Assembly: GCA_009859145.1 (NCBI GenBank)
Contig: VRVR01000029.1
Coordinates: forward strand, 62,001-126,000
DNA from: Andalucia godoyi And28
Lineage: Eukaryota > Protista > Jakobida
Direction: 5' to 3'
DNA length: 64,000 bases
Part shown: positions 21,201-31,622 of the stretch, piece by piece
How positions within the stretch are numbered: position 1 is the first letter of the stretch
How the letters are laid out: every line of letters starts with the position of its first letter
Notes under the pieces: generated by a model
What the model was told of the DNA's origin: nothing
Databases searched by the model: none
What the model saw: only the letters and a program-made list of their open reading frames with translations
Program-made: the position numbers and the translations under genes

Positions 21201-22214
21201 CTTGGTGCATACGGCCTTCGGGGAAATTGGAGAGTAGGTGTCGATGTGTGTTTCGTCGGCGAATCCTGTCCGGAAGCCACGTTTTGCGACTGCGAGAAGT
21301 CTCTGGATGCGTGCTTGCAGCTTGTCAGTTTCTCGCTGGATCATGTTTCGCAGATCCAATGGAAACGAGTTCCCTTTTATTCAGATGTCTCATTGCCGAC
21401 GGCCCTGTTTGCATTCTTTGAACAAGTAGAAGACCAGATGATGGACTCCAAAGGTTCCCTAGTCTTGTCTGCTTGTCGCCTTCTGCGAAAGCTTGCTTCC
21501 ATGGAAGAAATTGTGTCCAGGTCACCCGGCGTGCTCTTTGAGAGAGTGTGCATGGCGCTGGTGACCGAATGGGAAAACAGAGGCTCCGATTTAGATTGCC
21601 TGATGTCGATTCCAGAGCTGACCTCCAGTTTGTCTCTCGGATATTCCCAGCAAAGACGCCGGCTGTTCTCATACTTTCTGCATTCTGCCTGTGAACAGCT
21701 CTCTTGTTTCTCCGTTCGAATTTCGGTTCCTATCTCGCTGGTGTCTTCTGTTCTTGCGTTTAAGAACGGCTTTGAGGAGGTCGTCTTGCATGTTGTTTCT
21801 CGGCTTTGCGACCATCTTGGACCTGTTATGAGCACAATAACCCCTGCCCAAGTGGTCGTTATTCGCGACCAAGGCCCGTCAGCGTTTCAGTTGTCATTTA
21901 TGCTTGCCAGTTCTGTACCATCAGAAGACCACGGCCGCAAGCGAGAGTTGCCGCTGCAGGACACGTTCGACCCGGAAGTCAGTCAGTTGTTGAAAAAGAA
22001 GATCAAGATCACGCCTGATCTGCTGAATCGCGACTTTGATGAACACCTCCGATCGCAGGAAGATATAATGCAGCATTTGCAAGCGGAACGAAGTGCGTGG
22101 AAGGACATCCAATGGATGGTCGGCGTTGCCGATGCGACCCTCAAACGAGAAGTATACGGCTCTTTATTGAGCTACGAAGACGAAGAATTCATTCGTGATT
22201 TTCTCAGTCGATAG
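18300..22214 (+). CDS. SAC3: SAC3/GANP-family mRNA export protein with N-terminal RRM
   Basis: RRM (RLSKLPP...VAFVRFSTHEEA) and the Sac3 signature VKAYVRSAAA...DTRPPLVILKTLQHL, followed by a coiled coil and a C-terminal region. Likely ATG 18300. Confidence 0.72.
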   Translation: MNRQGLREGVSPDSKQIRLSKLPPELLSKPALLSFLSPLGKVESIDYVVQGMQQETVAFVRFSTHEEALHALIAARTWQSQNVITTAWARSRNPNQARPQQPTADVVNPESAVQRFHQNDLSAPQFLIGSQAGFAGPQPHYGWGQPQGMTHSEQHLAGLSSGAYDMAEDMSMGITWEGGRRQREKNEPRRDRNRTASQDGAADPASMGLETGSQSHAWASAIGGTVFGSSVPGAPSLPSATFPSAASHSEFPIGRTFQSGQLLESSRQDLRRGASPASAPPPSGQTLAPASTSASAAVWTPGFANNSAASESQQIDKWKSRRTQISDAAVAAAQAQAQVQARASPFVTGGEQLQPPRERKGRVPGDLQSKSGRNMTPPPFLPQNPATANARLVSLPTDVFGSSNGAGHLENISSSSDDYPVVDWKSLAKSLREAGVEVVSSDMPHSNASCQSMCSRAEIDRRREKQDIRRFESDPNVGYVRKVGWKLDLNRMVKAYVRSAAAAQKDPSDTRPPLVILKTLQHLVSVFLTNYEADYFPSLVEFITGSVRACLVDITVQRANSAVSRLALRIASRLILVVLSRCPAIESQGLSPKQVRDLLTQICASLEEQQDGVPDFDSESSMLYSMLELYKSERFFAVRVQSTFRKLDERYRMLSRSLSAAIFSGNPHSLKSVVSSSPIAIQLIFRCILPKLQRIVSGPVLFGLRNPTAPNDDAISEDYAAEICFVDPKDVKDLSRKTLIDVLTRDADSGLLPDPLPVPDSHWFFRGLDGTAVGSPVPSVSYSQQDVVQEESQPENASAPSASMHLEIAQKTKEAAQEAHRLKQIEELKRRIKENEDRIQAAEHERHRVAEEARAAEAARLLERQKEMQEAAKRRLERERQEELERARQLALRKKNEYIAYREVHNRRKCLHNAWSRWLSELEHLSDSRVPNVVSKAESQHESTSPEAESEPFSLFEGEMNAFTDSILGAYGLRGNWRVGVDVCFVGESCPEATFCDCEKSLDACLQLVSFSLDHVSQIQWKRVPFYSDVSLPTALFAFFEQVEDQMMDSKGSLVLSACRLLRKLASMEEIVSRSPGVLFERVCMALVTEWENRGSDLDCLMSIPELTSSLSLGYSQQRRRLFSYFLHSACEQLSCFSVRISVPISLVSSVLAFKNGFEEVVLHVVSRLCDHLGPVMSTITPAQVVVIRDQGPSAFQLSFMLASSVPSEDHGRKRELPLQDTFDPEVSQLLKKKIKITPDLLNRDFDEHLRSQEDIMQHLQAERSAWKDIQWMVGVADATLKREVYGSLLSYEDEEFIRDFLSR

Positions 22215-22626
22215 CTGTCGTGTAAATTCTTGTACATATACGTACCGTGCATGGATGCATAGCATCATCACTCCGTCAATGACCATGCATTCGCTGAGCC
22301 ACTCAATGTGCCCTGTGCCCTCGGTCACTGCCTGCTCCGTTTCATAAAGTCTTGGACCTCATTTCCAAAGAGACAGAAAAGCAGGATTGCGGAATGAGCG
22401 ATCTGCTCGCATGCGGTGCTTTCGAGATTCATCAAGCGCCGTTTGAACTTTTTTTTGAAGGGCAGCTCGAGGACAGGAAACGAATGCGTCCTTTCTCCAT
22501 TTCCCAGCTCATTTTTCCCTGTTCTGGATGGGCAGCAGCAGCAGCAACAGCAGTAAAACGAGAAGCAGGTTTTCAAGAAAGACAAAAATAAAGAACGGAA
22601 AGCGCTTCCTTGGAGCATTGTAGTTC

Positions 22627-24003
22627 ATGAACACACTGCTGGAGATATCTGACCGCTTTTCCGATTCCAACGGCGATGCTTCATTGCAGCAAACGGTCGA
22701 ACTTTTGGAAAACGTCCGTGTTGCCGACGATGGGACATTCGCGATCCCAACCGACTCTCACGAAGCATTCGTGTCGAAATTGCACCAGTCGCTGTCGAGA
22801 AAGAAGCCCGTTGATGATGATGGAACCGAGGTGTCGGAAGACAGAATCACGCATGATGTGTATGATTTCAGCTATGTGATGCGATCCACGTCGCAATCTC
22901 TGGATTTGAGCAGTGAGAATATTCACGAATTCGGAGGAGTGAAGAAGATTGTGGAGACGTTTGCCAAGCAGATAGGCGAACCTGATTCGCAAAAGAAGGT
23001 ATTTTGCACGGGTCAGTTTTGGTGTATTCTCGAAGAAGTAGAGATTTACGCAGATGAATTGCAGGAACGCCTAGCAGAGCCCGAGATCCCCGACATGCCT
23101 CGCTATGTATCGTATGTGCCACAGGCCTTCGCAGAGCACGTTGCCTCACGGACGGCAGGCGTCGTGGAAGCTGGAAACGCGCAGCAACTACGCTACTTTG
23201 GAAATAAGATCGAGTTGCGGCCGCACAAAACGCATCTGAAACCGTTTGATGATCTGGAAGTACGATCGGCCTATGAAGGACAGTCATATGGTCCTCGAAG
23301 CTATCAGAATCACCATCATGCCTACTCACAGATGCCGAATGCAAGCGCACCCCAGTCGCCTTCGAACCGTCCGCGTGGGTTTGATCTGATTTCGTTTCTT
23401 CAACAAGAAGCCAAGAAGAACCGTCAAATGATGCTGATGCTTGAGAATTCCGCCCCAGGGATGATTTCTGGTATTGGCTCCAGCGGTTTTGTTCACGGAC
23501 ATGCACAACAAATGGATCCTCAAGGTTCTAATGGATCGCTGGTACACGGCGGTCGGCTGTCTGGGATGCACGGATCCAGAGGTCACAATGCGAACGACAC
23601 TCGACAGATGGGCATGCAAAGAAACCATCCGCTCTACGGCGACAGCTACAGCGAACCTGCTCTGGATTCTTGGGATCCGCATGATGGGCAATCCGGGAAG
23701 TACTACACCTCCGCGCCACTTAGTTCAGACCAAGTCCTCCCGGATATTCTGGGCGGAAGGGGGAAGAAAGGCGGCAAGAAGCGAAAGCCGCGCGCACGAC
23801 TCGCAGATCCGTTTTCCGTCGGCGGACAAGGACTTCCTGCTTTGGTGGGTTCGCAATTCTCTCCTTCCCAAATCATGCCGGTTGCTCGCAGTCTGAGCGC
23901 CGAACCGAGACTTCATGGACAATCTTTGTCCACCCGTTCGTCGTCTTCTTCTTTGCATAGCAAAAAAACGTCATCATCTTCAGCTCCTCCAGAAGAGGCA
24001 TAA
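22627..24003 (+). CDS. Hypothetical protein (ordered N-half, G/S/Q-rich disordered C-half)
   Basis: 458-aa ATG-started ORF filling the space between neighbouring genes. No domain recognised. Confidence 0.62.
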   Translation: MNTLLEISDRFSDSNGDASLQQTVELLENVRVADDGTFAIPTDSHEAFVSKLHQSLSRKKPVDDDGTEVSEDRITHDVYDFSYVMRSTSQSLDLSSENIHEFGGVKKIVETFAKQIGEPDSQKKVFCTGQFWCILEEVEIYADELQERLAEPEIPDMPRYVSYVPQAFAEHVASRTAGVVEAGNAQQLRYFGNKIELRPHKTHLKPFDDLEVRSAYEGQSYGPRSYQNHHHAYSQMPNASAPQSPSNRPRGFDLISFLQQEAKKNRQMMLMLENSAPGMISGIGSSGFVHGHAQQMDPQGSNGSLVHGGRLSGMHGSRGHNANDTRQMGMQRNHPLYGDSYSEPALDSWDPHDGQSGKYYTSAPLSSDQVLPDILGGRGKKGGKKRKPRARLADPFSVGGQGLPALVGSQFSPSQIMPVARSLSAEPRLHGQSLSTRSSSSSLHSKKTSSSSAPPEEA

Positions 24004-24199
24004 TCGGTTTCCCCTTGTATTATACTTTATCAATGCCACTCTTGAAATTCGTGTTGTTACCATTTATCATCAATGCCAGCGCAACCTATTTTTATTTTTC
24101 ATAACTGTATTTAAGAATGCAGCTGTCGTGTGTGCGGTGGTGATTTCCGTTATGCTGCTCGTCCTCTTCCCTACGTACAACTAACGTTACTTGAATGAA

Positions 24200-26266
24200 T
24201 CACGATTTCTTGTTTTTCAAAAGCAGTTTCTGTCGCTCTTTTTCCCGCTTTGCCCGTATTTCCAAGAACGTTTTTTCACATTTTTTGATCGTGGCCTCTC
24301 GTTTAGATTCCTTCATATTCCGCAGTTCTGCACGTGGATCCTTGGTCTTCCCAAAAACTTTGATTAATGCATCACTGAGCGCCAGGTCATCTTCCGCAAC
24401 ATCCGCGCAAATTTCGTCGTACACGTCGGGATCGTAGTCGTATGCGCACATTTTGAACAGGGAAATGACCTGGTGGATGCCGAGAATCACCAAAGGATCC
24501 ATTACAATCGGGGGCTGCTCCTTCGACGAGCCTTCACCACCACCACTACCACCAGTCTGGGAGCGAGCCGCACTGAATCTCGGCGAGACCGGGCTCGGCA
24601 TCGGCTGAGATGACTGGACTCGAGCGATCGTGGGGGACATAATCGGTGGATTTGTGGTCCTTCCAGATGTCTCAGTACCGGTGTCGACGGTAACTTGTGA
24701 TGCTCTCGCGGAAGACGAAGGACTGGTGGCGGCATGTGCATTGTTCTTTGGTGACTGAGGAGGCTGAGCCGTAATTCCGGGAGAATTCAAGCCCTGGCGC
24801 CCTGCAGAATGCGCATTGTTTGGTGCAGCTGGGGTCCTATCCTGCGCTTCTGTGCTGCGCTTCTCTTGCGGAATGTCCCCGACAGCAGAAAAGGGTGGAA
24901 TACGTATCTTCACAGAATTTCGATTCGTGGCAGAGAGCCAGGTGGCAACGGTCACAGCTTGCACAGCCGCCTGCAGCGTAGGCTTTGCTGCAGAAGGCAG
25001 TGATCGTCGCTGAGAGGTAAGCGGCTTCGGGCTCTCAAGGGCAGAGCCATCATCATTTTCAAGATCGGTTGCATCGCGCAGCATCTGCTCTTCTGTGTAC
25101 TCTCCGGGCGAAGCGACTGGCCGATTTAACACCAGAGAAACGACTTCAGTCTCCACAGCAACGATTCCAAGACTCGAAGCGAAGATCTTGGAGTCAACAT
25201 GTGCCTTTCGAGGTTCTGCCGGCGCGGCCAGTTTGCCGGAAGACACCTTTTCCATATCCGGAAAAATCGTCTTGGGCTTCGACTTCACCAATGCAGAAAT
25301 AAACTTTGCATACAGCAAATGAAATTGGCTGTTGCCATCTTCGTGAAACAAGGAACGCTGCAGCATCAACACTTGGTCAAACAGCAGCTTCGACGACTCC
25401 ACGTCGATGTGATTTGAAAATCCAAAAGATTCAAACGCATGCGTTGCATCCGTTAAAAAACCGGCCCCTGGACCATTCCTGTCCACATGAGGCAAGCTAC
25501 GTGCCAGTGCGGACGACGTCGTTCTGGTAATCCACTGCATGACGCGAAACGCATGCTCCCAGCGTACTCCGTTCAACGGATTCTTTGCAACCTTGTCCTT
25601 CGACGATTTATACACTTCATCTTTCCGTTTTGCAAGTCCATCGTTATTATTGTTGTTGTGCATACCGGAACGAGGTTTCAGCACAAAGTACATCGAAGCG
25701 TCAAAATCGGCACACATCATGAACGGAATAAGCAAAAAGGCATCAGACAAGCATGCAATTCCTAGAGAAGCGATCGCAAATTTCACAAAGTGCCGTTGAT
25801 GATCTGTCAATAATACGGCTCCGGAATAATAATGAATCACAGCATCCAAGCACGCATTCTGGGGCACCATTTTCAGATTGGGGTTCTGTTCTGACGACAA
25901 GATCCTCGCATCGTTCTTGATGCAAGACAAACTGGCTGCGATTTTTGGATAAATCCGATCAAACTGCTCCAAAAGGCTGAAAAACAACAATTTTCGGAGA
26001 AACTGTGTGGGAATCGGTCTCGCAACAAGCATATCTGGACATGGATGCCCATCATTGACAAGGTGATCGTGAATGAGATCATCTGTAGCGGCTGGAATTG
26101 CCGCGTGAATCGCAGACTGCCAGTGGCCAATGCCAGTGCCAATGCCAGTCAAAGCTTCCGACTGCAATGCCGCGAGAATCTCATCCGCTGTACATTCGGG
26201 CGGAAATTCGCCCAGTTTGTCATAGATTTCATCGTAGACGGCGATGCTTGTCAGTTCGCAACTCAT
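24200..26266 (-). CDS. Hypothetical protein
   Basis: 688-aa ORF with a helical N-half, a P/S/T-rich linker and a charged C-terminus. The frame is open upstream of the ATG, so an extra 5' exon is possible. Confidence 0.6.
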   Translation of the reverse strand: MSCELTSIAVYDEIYDKLGEFPPECTADEILAALQSEALTGIGTGIGHWQSAIHAAIPAATDDLIHDHLVNDGHPCPDMLVARPIPTQFLRKLLFFSLLEQFDRIYPKIAASLSCIKNDARILSSEQNPNLKMVPQNACLDAVIHYYSGAVLLTDHQRHFVKFAIASLGIACLSDAFLLIPFMMCADFDASMYFVLKPRSGMHNNNNNDGLAKRKDEVYKSSKDKVAKNPLNGVRWEHAFRVMQWITRTTSSALARSLPHVDRNGPGAGFLTDATHAFESFGFSNHIDVESSKLLFDQVLMLQRSLFHEDGNSQFHLLYAKFISALVKSKPKTIFPDMEKVSSGKLAAPAEPRKAHVDSKIFASSLGIVAVETEVVSLVLNRPVASPGEYTEEQMLRDATDLENDDGSALESPKPLTSQRRSLPSAAKPTLQAAVQAVTVATWLSATNRNSVKIRIPPFSAVGDIPQEKRSTEAQDRTPAAPNNAHSAGRQGLNSPGITAQPPQSPKNNAHAATSPSSSARASQVTVDTGTETSGRTTNPPIMSPTIARVQSSQPMPSPVSPRFSAARSQTGGSGGGEGSSKEQPPIVMDPLVILGIHQVISLFKMCAYDYDPDVYDEICADVAEDDLALSDALIKVFGKTKDPRAELRNMKESKREATIKKCEKTFLEIRAKREKERQKLLLKNKKS

Positions 26267-26753
26267 CTTTCGAGTTCGTCGTTGAAGAATTCCGGTGTAA
26301 ACGGGGGAAAGGGGGGAAGCGATGCGCTGCGCAGATCTACAATCCCAACAAACAGCCTTATGCTAAACAATCAACAACCCTCGTCCTCCACCTCGACATC
26401 ATGCACCCACGATAAGAAAATCGCTCGACTCCTGATTCTTAGGAGGGGAAACAAGAAGACAGAAGAAAAACAGAGAGGAAGAGGCCAAGCCCCAATGCTG
26501 ATCCTTTCGACTGTAGACACCCCAAAAGAGAAAAACTGCTGTTTTGTTTTTTGTGCGCTGAAACTACCGTAGACGCAGAAGTAACCCTAAAGGGGCGCCA
26601 TTGCACTCACTCCTGAGCCTCCTTCTCCAAGAGGAAAAAATCGTGAATCGGATTCTTTTTTTGCATTGTTCGCAAGGTAAAGAGTGAGAAAAAATTCATA
26701 AAGGTGTTTCGAGTCTGGAAAGGAAAGAAGCAAGGAGGGAACAAAAGGAAAGT

Positions 26754-27035
26754 ATGTCGGCCATCAAGTACGTTCAGGACGGTCCTCCTCCCGGTGGATA
26801 CCCAGCGGTCCGATTTTCTCGATCCCTTCCTTCTGCCGGGCCGTCGGCTCGCACGCTCTTTGCGGTGGCGACGGTGCTGATGGGCTGGGGATTCTACAAA
26901 GTAGGGCAAACTAACAAGTACCGACGGTCGCTATTGTTTGAGAAGAAGGAGTCAAGAGCCGCCATCGTTCCTTATCTTCAGGCGGAAGAAGACTTGAGAG
27001 CCGTTGCAGCTGTGTCCCATAAGGTGCATCATTAA
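26754..27035 (+). CDS. NDUFA13: Complex I subunit NDUFA13/GRIM-19 (B16.6)
   Basis: QDGPPPGGYPAVRFSRSLPSAGPS...GFYKV...RAAIVPYLQAEEDLR is the GRIM-19 signature. The C-terminus looks short. Confidence 0.9.
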   Translation: MSAIKYVQDGPPPGGYPAVRFSRSLPSAGPSARTLFAVATVLMGWGFYKVGQTNKYRRSLLFEKKESRAAIVPYLQAEEDLRAVAAVSHKVHH

Positions 27036-27215
27036 CATGCATCTATCGGGGATCGTACTATTACAGGATGTGTTGTTGTTGCTGTTTTTTGTTTTTTTGT
27101 TTTATTAAATTTTAAATTAATAAAAAAAGGCAATCATTGAATAGAGGTGTTCTTGGGATTGTCATCACGCATAGGGAGAGTTGTGACCCTAAAGTGCGTG
27201 CGGCGATTGCGACTG

Positions 27216-28169
27216 TTACTGTCCGTAATTGTAGGGCACGGCCGTTGCGTACATCACAATGGACCCATTAGGCGCTGTTGAGTGTGTGTGTAGGTAGTAA
27301 GGACCCTGTTGCGGTGGTAATGGTGGGAGTGATTGCGGATGAAACGACTCACGCCGGAGGGTGTCCTGCGCTCCAAGCTTGCAAAGGCTGGCATTATCAC
27401 GGATTCGGGAGCGTTCGCAGCATGTCAAGCACGATACAATCATCATCAATGCACACACAACGAACCCTGCACCGCCCGCAAATCCTGGGCCTGCATTCCC
27501 GATGCTAATGACTTGCGTCGCGACAGGAGGACAGCCGCCTGCAGGAGACTGGAAAGCCGTGTAGCAGTCTTTGTATGCACCGTGCCCTACCGCAGAAAAG
27601 CAGACTGTGCTTGGAATCACAGACAGGACCACAAGCAGGATGGATCCGAACAGCGTGAGCGACAACAACCATGGATGAGCCTCGTTCTTTGACCACAAAA
27701 CAAACAAGAAGACGAGGAAGATTATGAAGAGAATGAGAATCAGCGTCAGTGTGAAGGCTGTTTGCGCGGCTCCGCCGCTGGCGGTAATGAGAGTATCGCA
27801 AGCGCTGTAACACGTTTTGAACGTACTGCCACAGGGACGTTCGTCATACGAAAACTCGCCGTTCACGCAGGAAGAGGACCGCTTGAAGCCCGAACCTGAC
27901 CATGTCTGCAGCTTGAATTGGAGCTTCATCAGTCCATCGGACGAATGAGATTCTAGCTCAGCCCACGCCAGGAAAATCGTTGCAATGAATAGCGCTATGC
28001 TCACAAGGCAGCAAGAGATAGCACTGATCTTTCTGCAAGTAACTCCAGACTTGATTGGAGCCTGCGTCGACTGCACTACATGTACGTTTGTGGTTTGATT
28101 ATTACTAGTGCTACTAGTATCATTATGATTATGAATGCTGTTATTACTGCTTCTGTTTGGAGGTTGCAT
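27216..28169 (-). CDS. Four-TM protein with Cys-rich first loop (claudin/amastin-like)
   Basis: Four hydrophobic segments, a W...C...C...C...C extracellular loop and a Pro/Tyr-rich cytosolic tail. ATG 28169. Confidence 0.6.
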   Translation of the reverse strand: MQPPNRSSNNSIHNHNDTSSTSNNQTTNVHVVQSTQAPIKSGVTCRKISAISCCLVSIALFIATIFLAWAELESHSSDGLMKLQFKLQTWSGSGFKRSSSCVNGEFSYDERPCGSTFKTCYSACDTLITASGGAAQTAFTLTLILILFIIFLVFLFVLWSKNEAHPWLLSLTLFGSILLVVLSVIPSTVCFSAVGHGAYKDCYTAFQSPAGGCPPVATQVISIGNAGPGFAGGAGFVVCALMMIVSCLTCCERSRIRDNASLCKLGAQDTLRRESFHPQSLPPLPPQQGPYYLHTHSTAPNGSIVMYATAVPYNYGQ

Positions 28170-28471
28170 GTTTTCCTTTCCGTAAGCGAACAAGATCGCA
28201 ACAGAAATCGACGGACGTCGCAACTGGCGTCTGCTGGTCCGTTCGGTGGCAGCAGATGCGAGCTACCCTCTGTCAAAGCATTTCTGCTCCTATGGGTATT
28301 GAGGACCAGTGACTCATGTCGACTACGGTAGGGTCAACACATCATATGGTGTTGTTTGTTTGTCTGTTTTTGTTTATCTCTATAGTAAATCTTAAGGCAC
28401 AAAACTGTCTTTGGTTATTCCTGGCTATATCTTTTACTGGATATATCACAATAACGGGGAAGGGTCTCCAA

Positions 28472-28486
28472 AACAACAACAACAAC

Positions 28487-28519
<33 letters not shown>
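28472..28519. repeat. (AAC)n(AAT)n microsatellite
   Basis: Directly visible trinucleotide tract. Confidence 0.9.
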
Positions 28520-28520
<1 letters not shown>

Positions 28521-28934
28521 CTACTGTATTGAAAGTTTCCTCTGCTTCCCGCTCTCGATAGGTCGTCGATGTCATCGTTGTCGACACCGGGTTTCGATGG
28601 GAACCAGTGAAAACTGCCGTTGGCAAACTTTTTGAACTTGTAAGAGCACCCCCAATTAAAACCAATTAGTATTGATGCAGTGCACCGCAGGCGGTTTTTG
28701 GGCGGGGAATTTCAAGCAGAGATTCGAAACTTTTCGAACTGCAAAAAAAAAGTCCCCGCTGAAAAGCCCCGCCCAGCTTGCTTCAATTGCCCGACAATTT
28801 TCATTTGTATTAATTTTTGATTTTGCTGTTTGATTTCTTTATTTTAACAAAAAATCAAAATATTAGATTTATACAGATTGATTTTTGCTCGGTTTTGCTT
28901 TGATTAGTACACGGAACAGTGGCATTGAGAGAAA

Positions 28935-29948
28935 ATGTCTGCTGTTGGATGCTTGTTGACTGGAGCTGCGTTTGGCACGCTGCTGCACAAGTCGACTGTT
29001 GCAGATCCCAATGTGATTCGTGAGCAAATGAAGTTCAAACGCTGGACAATGATGCAAATGTTCTTATCTGCGACTGCAACAGGCTCGTTCGCTCTCCATT
29101 TCATGACGCAGTTTGCATCATTCAGTCCAAAGAACCTGAACGTTCCCCGAAATGTGTTCGGAGGCTTGGCTCTCGGTGCAGGGATGGCTGCTTCGGGAGC
29201 TTGCCCGGGCACTGTCCTGGCACAGCTCGGCGCTGGAGTTCCCTCGGCACCGTACACGCTCCTCGGAAGTCTGTTTGGCGCAATGACTTTCGGAGTCGCT
29301 GCTGGCTTCATGCCCCAGTACACTCTGTTTGCAGAGTCGAACCTTGGACCGGCCCGACTTCCCTCGTCATTCTTGCTGCCGTTTGCAGTCGCCTGTGCAG
29401 CAATTGTCTGGGCTGTGCGCAGATACTTGGTGCCGGCTGAGGAAAGAAAGAAGGACGACAAAGAATGGTCAGACTTTTCAATTTCAAAGGCGTCTTGGAG
29501 CCCCTGGGCTGCTGGCGCACTTGTCGGGCTTCTGCAGATTCCGTCTGTTTTCTTCCTGATGAGTCCGCTCGGAACATCATCTGCATACGTGACGGTTGCT
29601 GCCCATGCACTGAAGAGTATTTTTGGATATTCCAACTCGTATTTGAAAGCATTTGAGCTCAGTCCCAAGCATAGTCTGCAGATGATGTTCAATGTCGGCA
29701 TTGCTGCGGGCGCGTTCTTTGCTTCTCGTCTTTCCAAACAACAGCAAAAGACCGAGAAAAAACCACTGTCAACCAAGGACAAGTTGAGAGCCTTTATCGG
29801 AGGAGCACTGATTCTTGCTGGTGCGCGCTTGGCAGATGGCTGCACGTCTGGAATGGGTTTGTCCACAACCAGTCAGCTTGGTCTTGCTGGATTCCTCACT
29901 GTCGCAAGCATGTTTGCTGGCGGGCTTGCATCATCTTTTTTGCAGTAG
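28935..29948 (+). CDS. YeeE/YedE-family sulfur-compound (thiosulfate) transporter
   Basis: Two half-repeats with GGLALGAGMAASGACPGT and GGALILAGARLADGCTSG Cys motifs, plus many Gly-rich TM helices. Confidence 0.87.
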   Translation: MSAVGCLLTGAAFGTLLHKSTVADPNVIREQMKFKRWTMMQMFLSATATGSFALHFMTQFASFSPKNLNVPRNVFGGLALGAGMAASGACPGTVLAQLGAGVPSAPYTLLGSLFGAMTFGVAAGFMPQYTLFAESNLGPARLPSSFLLPFAVACAAIVWAVRRYLVPAEERKKDDKEWSDFSISKASWSPWAAGALVGLLQIPSVFFLMSPLGTSSAYVTVAAHALKSIFGYSNSYLKAFELSPKHSLQMMFNVGIAAGAFFASRLSKQQQKTEKKPLSTKDKLRAFIGGALILAGARLADGCTSGMGLSTTSQLGLAGFLTVASMFAGGLASSFLQ

Positions 29949-30122
29949 CGTGCCTGCCAAAATACCCGTAAAATGAATGCAGAATTCCATTGGCCCATTT
30001 TTTCTTCCTTTTTCCCCACATCTTTTTTTCCCCCTTCTCGATCTACTGATTATCCATGCTCCGTGTTTCTTTTTTACTTGAATCGGCGGGGGGGGACAGT
30101 ACCGCGGTGTGACAACCACCTT

Positions 30123-31622
30123 TTACGCGCTGTTGAGCCACGTCTTGATGGACTCCAACTGGCGCTGGCGACACTCGACACAAGATGGCGGATCAGCGGG
30201 GTTCGGATATCTGAGATCCAGATGATGTGCACCGCCTTCGATGAGGCAGAATGGCATGTCTGCAGAAGGTGAGGAATACAAGCCACCAGTCGACCACGGA
30301 TCCAAACTGCCCTGGGAAGTGAAGACGTTCTTCACGGTAGACAGCGCACGGCCTCCGAAACGAATCTGGGCTGCAAATGCTTGTGGAACGGTGCCGAACG
30401 TCTGTTTGCAATACTGAGTCCATTGACCAAAGTCCCAAGGCTGGTTCACGAACATGTCGTTGATTCCGTCGGAACCGATGGGCATCGGCATTTCTGTGCA
30501 GGTCTGGTACGTCCAAGCCATATCGCCCAAATCGGGCGAGTCCGGCGTGGAGATATTGTAGCACGATCCAATCTGCCCAGTCGAATTGTAATACAGAAAC
30601 GCGGCCTGTGTCATGGCCTTCAGCACCAGGGCATCCGTCCATTGAGACTGCGAAGCTGGAAGACTCCCCAGCATCGACCTGCAAGTAACGTTCACAGGAT
30701 TTGCAGGAACCGGTGCCAAGAACGATGTCGCGTATGGATAGTCAATCATCGCAAGATCGGTAAAGATGTTCTCATAGTATCCCACGAGATTGTTGAAATC
30801 CGTGCTCTTCAGCGGGGCGCACAGATTGAGGTTCTGTTGCAAAAACTCGAATCCTGCCTGCGTTGCAATGTTGAAGCGATTTTCAATGACTGCAAATGCG
30901 GAACGGATGGCAATGGGACAGAAAGCATCGGCCTCGCGGTAGTCCTGTGTGACCTTTTGGTTGAAGGCCTCGGGAGGAGTAAGTCCTGTGAACTGGGCAA
31001 TCGGTCCGGATGCTCCAAGCGAGCCGACAGTCAAGTGCGGATACTTCACACGGAACCAAGTCGCAAGCATGCCTCCGTACGAACCTCCAAACGCAACAAC
31101 GGGGGCGTTTGGTGCATTCATCTGGAGCTTGTAGTTCACCAAAAAGTACGAATAGTCCGCTAGCGCTTGATCCGTCGACAAGTACTGCCAGTTGGAACCC
31201 ACAAACGACTGCTTTCCAAACGGAAGCGACTCTCCGTAGTATCTATGCTCCGGGAAAACCAAAAGAGCATGAAGCTGCTCCGCAAGCCAGAACATTTCTC
31301 CCGAGTTTTGATAGAACAACTCAATCGCACCTTCGTTTCCACAGTAGAAAAGCCACGGGGAGTTCGGATTCTTGTCCCAGTACACATCCGAAACAAGCAC
31401 CTTGTGTCGGAACGTCGCAATCGCGCCCGGCGGATAATTGAAATGATCAATGTAATTGTCAAAATACACAGTCTTATACGGCGGAATCACATCGTTTGAC
31501 ATCGACGACGAGACTAGCGAACCGCGAGCGACAGGAGACCTTCGCACCGGTCTCGATCGCGCATCGACAAGAGCGATCAGCACGGACAGAATCAGAACCG
31601 CAGCTCCTGAACGGTACACCAT
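30123..31622 (-). CDS. PRCP: Lysosomal Pro-X carboxypeptidase (S28)
   Basis: Signal peptide, YCGNEG, EHRYYGES, nucleophile GGSYGGM, DPWS and GAHHLDL. Confidence 0.95.
   Translation of the reverse strand: MVYRSGAAVLILSVLIALVDARSRPVRRSPVARGSLVSSSMSNDVIPPYKTVYFDNYIDHFNYPPGAIATFRHKVLVSDVYWDKNPNSPWLFYCGNEGAIELFYQNSGEMFWLAEQLHALLVFPEHRYYGESLPFGKQSFVGSNWQYLSTDQALADYSYFLVNYKLQMNAPNAPVVAFGGSYGGMLATWFRVKYPHLTVGSLGASGPIAQFTGLTPPEAFNQKVTQDYREADAFCPIAIRSAFAVIENRFNIATQAGFEFLQQNLNLCAPLKSTDFNNLVGYYENIFTDLAMIDYPYATSFLAPVPANPVNVTCRSMLGSLPASQSQWTDALVLKAMTQAAFLYYNSTGQIGSCYNISTPDSPDLGDMAWTYQTCTEMPMPIGSDGINDMFVNQPWDFGQWTQYCKQTFGTVPQAFAAQIRFGGRALSTVKNVFTSQGSLDPWSTGGLYSSPSADMPFCLIEGGAHHLDLRYPNPADPPSCVECRQRQLESIKTWLNSA

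Noticed and set aside
22401-22419. ATCTGCTCGCATGCGGTGC, similar to the ICLACGA segment of copy F (17980-17999)
   Set aside because: Too short, the flanks align poorly, and a similar CTGCTCGCATG occurs elsewhere. Likely chance.
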